This document shows positions 1-12,100 of a stretch of 64,000 bases of DNA, in pieces. The notes beneath the pieces were generated by a model, which ran no database searches, was not told the DNA's origin, and worked only from the letters and a program-made list of their open reading frames with translations. The stretch's first letter is position 1. Each line of letters begins with the position of its first letter. A program made the translations under genes and the position numbers. This DNA is from a virus, in the IMG/VR virus record IMGVR_UViG_3300045999_011383. The stretch is one strand, 5' to 3'.

Positions 1-126
1 TCGTGCTTCTTCTCTCTTTCGTGCTTCTTCTCTCTTTCGTGCTTCTTCTCTCTTTCGTGCTTCTTCTCTCTTTCGTGCTTCTTCTCTCTTTCGTGCTTCT
101 TCTCTCTTTCGTGCTTCTTCTCTCTT
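1..126 (-). repeat. perfect 18-nt tandem repeat x7 (may continue off-window), coding KREEAR in the tape measure ORF
   Basis: tcgtgcttcttctctctt repeated at 1,19,37,55,73,91,109. Reverse complement AAGAGAGAAGAAGCACGA = K R E E A R in the TMP frame. Confidence 0.95.
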
Positions 127-3100
127 TTGTTTTTCATCATAAGTTTCTTTTACTGCTCGGACTATTGGAATTTGTTCTGCAAGTCTATAGCCCGGACTAT
201 TTTCAATTACTTTTTTACCAAATCCAAAAACTGAAGTCGTCATATCCCATGCTCCTTTTCCAAAGTTACCAACGCCTCTTCCAAGATTGCCAACGCCTGT
301 TCTAAGATTTTTTAGCCAGGATGGACTAACATTTTGTGGAACTAAGCCCAGCTTTTCAGTATCAGGATCTATTTTGTCGAATAGCCAATTACCAAATTTA
401 GTTATAGGGTTTTGCCGTTTCCCCTCAACTGCATCTCGGAAAAACTTACTAGGATTTTTTGCTTTACCATCTATTGTTACGGAAATACCAACCTTGCTTT
501 CTGTACCCGCCCAATTAGTCCGCGTACCTAAGACTTGTCCAGCCGTGACAGATGCTCTGTTGTCTTTGTTGAACTTGATGTTTTTGTCTATATTAAGTCC
601 TCCGTACCTGATTGCTAGTAATTTTCCATTAATGTTTTTTTGCAATTCTACTGTATTTGCGTTCACCCTTACTAATGTCCCCGCGACAGATGAAAGCACT
701 TTTTGATTTTGATCAACATAAAACCTCATAATGAGATTTGAATCAACTGAGTAATTTTTCTTATTAAATTCAGAGATATTCATTCCACCAATCGGGGACA
801 CAATGGCATTATTGGGAGGCTTGGGTTTGTTTGCAGATTTGCCACCAGGCGGGGCTTGAGCCACTAGTTGAGGCTGTGGAGGTAGGTAAGGAACATCACT
901 GGCAATCCCTGCCACTAAGACCCCTTTGCTCATGGACGCGATCGCTGTCGGATTAATGGCGGGTAATTCTGATTGCTTTGTTGGTATTCCCATCCACTCA
1001 TACGGATCGTTGTTGGGTTTTTTAGGATTAGATATAGGTATAATTCGATCAATGGGCGGGTGTAGCGAAGGAGGTACAGGCGTGTTAGGATTACCTGGCA
1101 ATGAAACAACAATGCTAGGCATGGAGTTAAGATTAGAAAATGTGTTAGACACTTTTGTTAGTGCCATGTTTAACCCGTTGGTAGAATTAACCACATCTAT
1201 TCCTAGCATTTTGTTAATGCGCTCAATCTCTTTACCAATGTCCAATAAAGTGCCACCAATACCTTTTAAGGATTGATTGAATTGGCCAAGTTTATTGGGG
1301 TCTAAACCAGGAATACTACGCTGTAATTCAGACATTTTTAACTGCATGTCTGTAATACTATTTCGGTATTCTAGTTTTTGTCTTTCCTGATCAATTCTGA
1401 TGTTTTCAATCTCACCAAGTTGCTGAAATATATTAATTAAACCTTCTACAAACTCAGTAACAATGTTAGTTCCCGCTCCAATTAATGCCTGTCTCAACCT
1501 GTTAGCAAATCCCAGGTTTTTGATACTGACAATGGCTTTTTTGTATTCAATAACAGCTAATTCAGATTCTCTAATATTTGTCCGGTAGTATTCCGCCACC
1601 TGCTTAGTCTGGTCAATTAACGCTTGATTAGCTTCGCGTCGGGCTTTGGCAATCTCAAGGACATTTTGGCTAATCTGTTCCTTGTCCTTCATGATGTCCT
1701 GCTGTAGCTTCTCTATCTCTGATGTCAGCCCAGCCATGTCACCAACCCCTAACGCAAGGGCAACATTCAGATTTTTGAGGTTAGATTCCTTGACTGTTAA
1801 ATTCTTATTAAGTTCAGATTGTTGAGTCTCTAAATCCTTGATTTGTTGTCTGGATAATTCAGGAGCAATCTGTTGAGATGTCAGGTTAGTTTTGCCGTAA
1901 ATCCTGGATTGGGATAGGTTCGATGCTATCTTATTGGCATTCATGTTTGCATTGTACTTGGTCTCAGCGTCCTTGAGTGCGTTGGTTGCCTGAGTGTACA
2001 TACTTTCAGATATTTCTGTAACACTAAACTGAGTTGCAGTCGCCAGCATCTTTTGAAGTTGATTTAGCGTTTCTCTAAGTTGCTTGGTAGTAACCTTCTT
2101 TTGTGCTTCTGGAACATCGCTCTTGGTCTGAACTTCGGCTATCTTATCTTTGATATCTTTGATCGATCTCTTGAGTGCAGGTGTGGGGTCGCCAAAGCTG
2201 TCAACAAACTTCTCCCTTTGTTTTTGCAGTTGTTTAATCAGTTCCCTGGTTGTTCCTGCTTTAGCGCGTAAAGCAGAGCTAGGGTTTGTTCTTAGTTGTT
2301 CTTGCAAGTCTACAAACTCAGTAGCAGCTTTCTTGAGTCTAGCGTCAATATTCTTGATCTCATCATAGTCAAGTCTGCGTTGGGCTGAAGCACCAATATT
2401 TGTTTGTAAGGTGGCTTTTTGTTTTTTTAAGTTCTCTAAGTCTTCTTTTGGTTTTAAATCTTTTGGAACAACTGGCTTATTGACTGGAGCAAAACCACCA
2501 AGTCCTTCATAAGAAGAAACAATCCAAGGTGTTGATTCTGGGACTTGTTCAACGGCTTTGCGTATTTCCGCTTCTTTGTCTTTAATCTGCTTATCAATTG
2601 CATCCATTTTTGACTTATTGCCATAACTAGCCATGAAATCCAATTGCATCAACTTTTTATTTTTTTCAAGTTGAGCGAGCTCGGCTTGTACCTTCTTGTA
2701 GGAATCTCCTGATCTTGCTGCCGACTTTTCAACTTCCGTGTCTGCATTGTCTTCTATTGCTTTCAGTGATTTTCTTTTGTTTTCAATATCGGTATTAATG
2801 TTTTTTGCTTTATCAGTAAGTTCAAATTCTTTCCTTTGTTTTTCAGGCATAGCAGCAACCCGTGGTGCAACAAAGTTATTGGGGTTGCCATCTAGTCCTA
2901 CTGAGTTGGCAAACTCGCGTAGTCGCTCATTGTTCAACTCCTGATCCTTGTAAAGTTTAATAACCTGTTGTGACGCTAAATCTAATCTTTCACCTTCTTT
3001 CTTGGCATTGATAATCTGTTTAATTTCAGGTGGCAACCCACCTTGGTTTTCTGCGTTGTTTAGTTGCTCCTTGGTAATTTTAGGAGCGAATAAATCCAAA

Positions 3101-6100
3101 GCCACAGTAGCCGTAATAACAGCAGCGATAAGTCCCGCGATCGCTAAACCCCAAGGTCCCATCACAGCAACCACAGGAGCTATTGCTGTAGCAAGTTTGC
3201 CGAAAAGAGGAACAGCCATACGTGGTCCAGCCGCCGACCCTAGTGCTGCATTTGAGGCTAAGATTGAGCCTGTTTTTACTGCAAGGTCTACAATTGCTTT
3301 TGTTGCTTTAGCACCAGCAGCATAACCATATCCAGCGCCTCCGGCATATAAAGCACCAGTTCCTATAATGTCCATTGCGCTTGGACCCTGTGGACTCGCA
3401 CCTTTACCATCTGTTCTGTATTTCGCGTTAGTTTCCCGTACCGCATCGTCCCATTTCCAGTCACCACCACCCCAGAGACTTCTAATGTCTAGTTGCACAC
3501 CCTTAGATGGTAGAGCGTTAGCAATACCTTTACCCAGTTCCTCTACTGATTTAGTGGCTTTGTTAAACGCTTCGGTGGTTTTGTTAATATTTAGTCTGAC
3601 ATCAGTTAAGTGTTTGTTAATGTCTGCGGTAGATTTATTAATTGATTCTCTCATGGGGTCGCTAAAGTCACCCTTAGAAAACATGAGAGCAGCGTAGCCT
3701 ATGCTAAAGTGCAACAACGCCTTACTCAAGAAGGCCAGCCCCCCCTGAACTATTGCCATACTTCTTGCGTTCCTAACCGCCACATCGTTCATAGCGTTTC
3801 CAGCAGCAGCAGAAGATGTCATCATGAGTTCAGTAACAGATTTAATTGTCCCCATTACTCCATAAAATGCTTTTGCTGTAGCACCAAATATTCCGGTAAT
3901 CCCTCCCCACAAGCCTTTAATAGCAGGCCACAGAGCCATAACCATTAAGCCCGTCCCCTGTTCTAGCATGAATACTATAGCGAGTAGTTCTACCAATCCA
4001 GATGGAATAATTTTAAAGAATCCTGCAAACACTCCTTTAAGCCATTCCATGATATTACCAGCCTGTTGTGCGCCTTGGATTAAATTGCCAAACATACTAG
4101 AAAAACTAAATTGATTGTTACTCATGGAACGCATGACTGAATCTATAGTCCCAAAAACAGTGACAATCATATTATTGACACCCTGGAACATATTGTCCAT
4201 GAGATTTCTTTCTGCACCTAGCCAACCATCAGCAACGTCAGACATTATACCAATAACCATAGGCATCATATTGGTGGTAATAGCGGAAAAGGTAGCTAAC
4301 AAGAAGCTTTGCAAGCTTGTCATTACAACTAAGAATGGCTTAAACTTAGAAAGAATGATTGTTAATCCTATGCTAATTGTGGCCGCAAATCCAATCATAA
4401 AGGATTGGGCTAGTGGTATTAAATCTTTTAATGCACCGCTAAGTACGCCTAAAATATTAGCAAAGCTGTTTACAAAGAATGCTAGTGTGCCACCAAGTTT
4501 ATCAGTAAATATTGTTGTAATCTCAAAGCCTACATTACCTAGTTTGTTCAGTGCAACTACTAGTCCCCCGGCTTGATCAGCAGCAGCGTTACCATAATCT
4601 TCTTTTAATACTTTGGCTACTTTAGGTAAAATATCTTGGGACAAAACACTACCAGATGCTACCAAGGCATTCATTTCTGGCACTGATACACCCATGGCTT
4701 TGGCAAATACACCCATGGCAGGAGGGAATTTTTCACCTAGCTGCTGTCTGAGTTCTTCCATGGATAATTTGCCTTTAGCCAATATTTGTGTATATGCCAT
4801 GAAAACTAAACTAGCATCTTGTCCGTTAATACCTAACGCGCTTAAAGATGAGGTGATACCTTCAAATAGTTCCTTAACCCCTTGACCTTCCATCTTGCTG
4901 TCTTTAGCTGCGATCGCTAGTTGGGAATAAGAGTTGGCAGCTACCTCTGAAGGCACATTAAGTTTGTTGGCAACATCTTTTGCATAATTAAATTCTGCTT
5001 TTCCGCCTTCTGTTGATCCGCCTAAAAATTTAAATCTTCTCTGTAGCACCTCTACCCTTTGAATACCATCTATTAATTTAGCTACGTGAGGTGCAACCAT
5101 GTTTACAGCCATGCCTATACCTGTAATGATTGGAGCTAAAGGTAATAACAATGGCGTGATTGCACCTATCATAGTTTGGATAGGCATCAAAGTGGTAGCA
5201 ATTGAGCCAAAGAATTGAAGAACGTTGGGGAACATCTCGTCTCCATCCTTAGAGCCACCAAACATCAACTTCTTAACCCCAGATCCCATCTGGTTGTACA
5301 TTTCTGTAAATTGTCCTTGAGTGGCTGCTGTACCCCTAAACATACGGCGGAATATTAATCCCACGGAGTCACCAAAATTAGCCTGCCCTAATGCTTTTTT
5401 GGCGTTGTACTCCAAGTCATCCTTGGCGTTAGCTAAATTCACCATTGAATCTTCAAAGCCTTTTGCTAAAGCTTTACCCATGTCAAAGCCTTTTTCCCTG
5501 AACTTGACCTGTAGTCCGCTCAATGTAGTCATTAATCCTGCGGTAGCTGTGTCTAAAAGCTTGGGGTCAATGTTGTTGATTTGCTTGGTAGACATCCCAG
5601 CCCTTTTTAGCCCCTGCTTGACTAGTTCCTTCATTGCATCCTGGTCATTACTAGCATAAGCTTCTGTGAGCTTACCCATAAATCCTTTGGTGCTTGTGCG
5701 GGGGTTGGCAACTAAATCAGCAGCAAGATCGTTCAGTCCATTGGATTGCCTAATATTTTTTATCTCTGCATTACTAACTCCACGCTCTCTAAGAATGCGG
5801 ATAAGCTTGGCTTCTCTTGTTCTCTGTGTAATATCAAATCCTTTTTTGCCTATATTAGCTTCCAAATCTCCTTCAAATCGCAAAAAATCACGTTCTTTTT
5901 TGGTTATATCAAGAGGATTGTTGAGTACGCTGTCACGGGCTGCGGCTAATTGTTCCGGTGTCATAGCATCACGAGCAGATTTAGTGACACCACGCTCTCT
6001 TAATATTTGTTTAGTAAGTCCATCTAATCTTTTTGTGTTACCTGATTCAAGATTCCGTGTTAATACTTGTTCAGCTTTACTTTTTTCAATTCCAAACGCA

Positions 6101-9100
6101 TTAATAACATCTGCTATTGTTCCTGATCTCTCTCCCATTTTCCTGCCAATCATTCTTTGAATTACAGACTTAGGAATAACAGGAATATCAAGGTTATTTA
6201 AAACACTATTTAGTAAAGTATTTCCTAAGTTTTCTACTAGTTCTTTACTAGCATCAACTCCTTTGAAGTCTTGTAACTGAGCTTTTTTTCTGTTAATTTT
6301 TGTTTGATTTTCAAAAACTTCTTTTGCGCTAAGTGCTTGTTTTTTAAGATTAGGCTTCATGGAATTATCCAACCCTAAAATACCGCTAAAAGCATCATAC
6401 ACTGGACTGACAGCATTTATTCCCAATCCAAGTAATGGATGTGATCCAGCAATAAAAGGGAGTGGAGCAACAATCTTGCTTAAAAAACCCGCGACACCAG
6501 CGGTCTTAGTTCCTGCTAAAGTCGGTAAATTTATTTTGGTAATAGAACTAAGTAAATTAGTTAAAAAGCCACCTTCTTTAAGGATATTATTTTCCAATAA
6601 ATTTTTAATAATGGAATTGCCAAACCTTAATGCCATCCCTCCTACAAAAGGCATTGCAAAACTTAACTTAGGAAGTAACTGAAAACTTGCAGGTATAAAT
6701 TGCAAAAACCATGGCAATATACTCCTGGCTTGAGACAATAAAGCTTGGTGCAATGGCTGTTTAAGGGTATTAGACAAAGAAAATAAAGCTGCATTAACAG
6801 CATTCCGCATCACTTGACCCAGCGAAGCATAGCCAGACAAAGTGCTTTGCCGGATGCTTGATTTAACCGCTTCAAATACGTTAGTTACCAATGTATTACC
6901 TGCGTTTAAATATTGATCCGCTAAAGTAATTGAACCTTGAGGATTTTGTGGTGTTGACTGAGAATCTGGTACAGGCGCGTAACCGGACAACAATTTCTTA
7001 AAGCTACTACTTATATTCTTTAAAATCCCATCTTTAAAAATAGAAGAGAAGAAATTGCTGCTTATATTTTGAAGTCCGCCACCTTTAAAAATAGAAGAGA
7101 AGAAATTACTGCTTATATCCTGAAGATTTGTACTTTTAAAAATAGCAGAAACAAGTCCAATACCTACATCCTTAAGACTTCCGCCTTTAAAAAAAGAAGA
7201 AATAAGTTGAATGCTAATATCTTGAAGACTTCCGCCTTTAAAAATAGAAGAAATAAGTCCAACACCTATATTTTTAAATATCCCACCACCTTTAAAGATA
7301 GAATCAATTGCTACGTTTTTAAAAATACCACCCGCAAAAAGAGAAGAAACAAGCCCAATTGCTATATTTGGAAGTCCTCCACCCATAAACATAGAGGAGA
7401 TAAATTCAATGCCTACATCTTTTAATGCTCCACCTTTAAACATAGAGGAAATAAGTCCAATACCTACGTCTTTCAATGCTCCACCTGCAAAGAAAGAAGA
7501 AATAAGGTTTTTTAAGACCCCGCCGTTAAAAAATGAAGTACCTATATTTTTAAATACTTTACCTTTGGAAAAATTAAGCAAAGTTTTAAAAATACCACCT
7601 GCTATATCTTGAGTAGCTTTTAATGCAATAGGTGCAAAATTTTTAATCCCAGTCCCTATACTGCTAATTATGTTTTTACCAATCTCAATAAATACTTGTG
7701 ATGGTGATGCAATCTTAAATATATTTTTAACTGTGGCTATCACACTTTTAGCAAAGATATTAATTGTTCTTAAAACATGAGGAACAGACAGTAATACACC
7801 TTCTTTAAGTGCAGATATGAGATTAATGCCTATATCTTTATAGCCAAGTCCATCCTTCCGCATCTGCTTAATATTATCAAAAAAGCCTTTAGGATTTATT
7901 GGTTTAACGTCTTCATAATAAGTCCCTGTATAATCAAGAATCTCTTTTTGCAGCTTAGGTTTATTTGCACGTTTAGCTTGCTCGTGCATTGGGATTAACC
8001 TATGTGGATAAAGACCCTCTTCTTCTGCAAATTTTTCTAAAGAGTAAAAAGGATAACGACTTTTAATTTTCTCGTATTTACGTAATAATCTTTGCCCTTC
8101 TTTTATACTTGATGGAGTATTAAAATATTCACTCTCCATCTCAATCCTTTCTTTAAGAAAAGCATTCTTGGCTGTTCTTCTGTTTAAAACATCATTAATT
8201 CCAACAAAAGAGTTTTCTCTTATAAAACCATCCTTTTGGTAAGTATATGGGTATTTTGATTTAAGATACTCTTGCTTGCTCTTTACACCATCATCTGTTT
8301 GAACAAAAGCATCCCCCCATTTACTATCCCAATCATCAAATTTATCAAAAACATTATTTAATGTCTTTTGAATATAATCAGCTTTCTTTTTATCGCGCTT
8401 AATAGTAGCATCACTTTTATTAGTTGGATCGAGAAGTTCTTCTAAATCATTAGCTGCATATTTAAATACATAATCATGACTTATGCCAGAAATGTTTCTT
8501 TTTTGTAATTCTGCATATTTTTTTCTTATTTCTTCAGGTGTAATGCCAGATACATAACCATCAAATCGCTCCATTTGCTGACTTAAAACTCTGGCTGGAT
8601 TTATTTGTAAATTCTCTTCACTTAAAATTTGAGATTTAAATTCTTCTCTAAGTGTTGCTTTTAACTTTTCAGCTAGTGTTTTAGCAGATTCTACAGCTTT
8701 ATCAGATCCGTTGTCAATACCTACTCCAGTGCTACTAGCAAAATTCTTACCAACATCAATACCTTCACCTGATGGTGACGCTATTCTAAATACTTTTTTA
8801 ATTGCACTTAGTATGTTTTTGGCAAAAATAATGACTGTTGCCAATGCAGAACCAGCGGAAGTTAAGACACCTTCTGAAAATGCAGATATGACATTTCTGC
8901 CTATATCTTTATAGCTGAGTCCATCTTTCCGCATCTGCTTAATATTGTCAAAAAAGCTTTTATGATTGATTGTAGGTTCTACATAAGAATCTGGTAAATT
9001 TCTGGAAAGAAACTTAAAGATTCCTTTTCGCACCCCAGTCCTATTTTGAATGCCAGCTTGCTCTTGCATAGCCATTAATGAATCAAAATCAAGCCTTTTT

Positions 9101-12100
9101 GACAGTATAAAGTATGGTAGAGAGTAAAGTTTGCCACGAGACACTTTATTATTGTCAAAGTCACGCAATAAACTCTTACCACGTTCAATGTTCTTTTTTG
9201 AAGAAAAAGCCCCACTGTCTCTTAATGATTCAATTTTTTCTTTAATTAAATTATCAGCAGTTTTTCTTTTGTTTAAAATATGGTTAGTTCCAAATAAATC
9301 AAAGTGGCTATAATTACTGGGAGCGTCAGCATTGTTTTCTCCGTCCATCTTAACAGTTTCATTTAATCCTAAACCTAATCCTAAACCTTTGGCAGTGTTT
9401 GTTTTTTGACGATTTGGTAATGTAATATTAAATGCTTCTTTAATCGCATTTAATATATTTTTAGCAAAGTTAATTACTATCTTTATTGCAGTACCACTAG
9501 AAGTTAAAATACCTTCTCCAAACGCAGACACAAGATTAGTACCTATATCTTTATAGCTGAGTCCATCTTTCCGCATCTGCTTAATATTGTCAAAAAAGCT
9601 TTTATGATTTATAACGGGATTTTTGTAAGAAGCTGGCATACGTCCAGAAAGTTCTTTGAAAATTTCTTTTTGTAACTTGAGCTTATTTTCAATGCCAGCT
9701 TGTTCGTGCATTGACATCAACAAATAATCATTAAGCCCCTTTTTATTTGCAAATTTTGCTACAGAATAGAGTGGATTAGATGCTTTATCTTTTTCAAATT
9801 CTTCTAATAAGCCCTTTCCATGCTTAATATTTTCTTCATAAGGAAAAGCGCCAGACTTTTTAAATGATTCAATTTTTTCTTTAGTTAAATTATTTTTAGC
9901 CGTTCTTCTGTTTAAAACATCATTAACTCCAAACAGATTTAATAAATTGTAGGAAGGTGCATCACCAAAATCCAAGCCTTCTAAATAAGACTGAATTTCT
10001 GGTTGTTCAGCAAAACGTACTGGATTGCCTTGCACCCTATTAAAAGCTGTCCGTGCTTTTTTTTGTAATTCTCTTAATTTCTCTTGAGAAGTTGTATGAG
10101 ATTGAATATATGCTTTCCCGCCGATAACAGAATGAATTGCATCACCAAGTATAATATCGTTTCCGTTAGATAAAGTAGGATCGTCAGGATCGCCAAGAAA
10201 TACAAATAAAGGTGCTTTCTTAGTATTTATGCCATAACCTTTGTATTTGGGATTATAAGTAAATCCCAGTTTTTCAGCCATCTTAGGATGTTTTATCAAA
10301 AAATCATTGACTTTCTTGGCAACACCAAATGGTGTTTTAAATTTTGTTGCTTTTTTTTCGCCGGCATTCCAGTCATAAACATCATTAATTTGTAATCCTC
10401 CTTCTTTATTCTGTCCATAATTAAATCCACCCAATGTCTTGTACAAAGTTTTAAATTCTGGTATCTGAGCAACACTAGTTCCAACGACACCGCTTGTTAC
10501 ACTCCAATCATCAGAAATCATTTCCGTTTGTTTTTGTGCCATACCCCACAAATTTTTCCATTCTTTCTTTTTATTTGCTTTAGCAAATTCAGCCATAGAT
10601 TGGTACATCACAGCCATCTCTGCTTCTCTGGCTGTGCGTCCTTGTATTTTGTGAACATCAATATTACCTTGATAATATGCGCCTAAATGTTTAAAAGGTG
10701 CTGATACTTTATCGCCTAATATACCAGTGCTTCCTATTGCAACCATACCTGCCCCAAGTAATGAACCAAAGAAGGTTCTTTTGTTAACTTTGTTAGCTTC
10801 GTCATAAACATTTTTAGTAGTTTGCGCCGTTCCATCTGCTGAATTTTTAATTATGTCATCATAGCTACTTATGTCTTGAGAGTTAAATAAATTAATTTTT
10901 TTAGTTACAAAATCAAAAACTTTAAGCAATAATTTACTAGCACCTGATACATCAACAATACCCTTTTTAATCCCAACTGCTAAACCTGACGTTATCATTA
11001 AGCCCAAGGCGATCATCACCTTCGATGGTGAACTAATGCCCATATTTTGCTTAATTTGTGATTGAACAGAATCGCCTAAAGTAGCGATCGCATTAGTAGC
11101 AATACCAGCGTTTTTGAGTATACCCTGTTCTAACCCTTTAACAACATCCTTACCCGTCTGGACAAAATTAGCTACAGGGGCAAACTTACCTATGGTTGCA
11201 TTTGCTAAAGATGCTGCTGTTCCCATTGCCACAGCCCCAGCGTTGTAAAGGTTAGCATCATTGCCACCGTGCATACCAGGAACAACTTTTAAGCCACCAC
11301 CAAACATCTTTAATGCTTCGGCGCGTCCTATTTTATTTGCTTTTAAATATTGAGGAAGTACATTTTTGAATGTACTAGCGTAATTCAGTGTAGAATCTTG
11401 TTGTGTTTGTTGCTTAGTATCTTGGTGTGCTTGTTTTAAGGACTTGGCGATCGCCATAGTTCTGAAAGCAGCCGCTACACCGTCGTTAGCAGACTCTATG
11501 GGATTAGTGAAAGCTTTTAATCCTAGTGGGGTAACAAGTTCCGTACCAAATTTAGCGACATTAACTAAATGGTCAACAGCTTCCCTGGGCTTAACAAAGC
11601 TTTTATCTGTTACTGCATCCTTGACAAAGTTTTTGGCTGTCCCATAAGTAGCTTGGAATAAAGTCTGATCTGGATTAGCTGCGTGATGTTCCCCAACCTT
11701 GTCAAGCATATTTAAGCCTGTACTGGTTGCAGACATGGCAATCATGGCTTTGTTGCTAATGTCGCTTAAATTGGGTATCATGTACGTACCCGCCAAGCCT
11801 AAGCTAGATAAATCATTAAGAGGGTCAAATGCAGATTTAATGGTTGTCACCATTTTCCTAGCACCCTCAGACACTTTACTGTTCCCCTTCTGCATCCCAA
11901 AGAACAACCCAGAAGCTATCATCATCCCAATCTCAAACATCACCAAAGATGGAGACTGGATGCCTAATTGCTTTTTAACAACTTTAATAAAATCGTTGAG
12001 CAACTTTTTAGTTTCAGCAGAGACACCATCAAAATTACTGACAATACCCCGTTTTAATCCTTCAGGAATTTCTATACCAGCTTTTTCTGCTTGAGCTACG

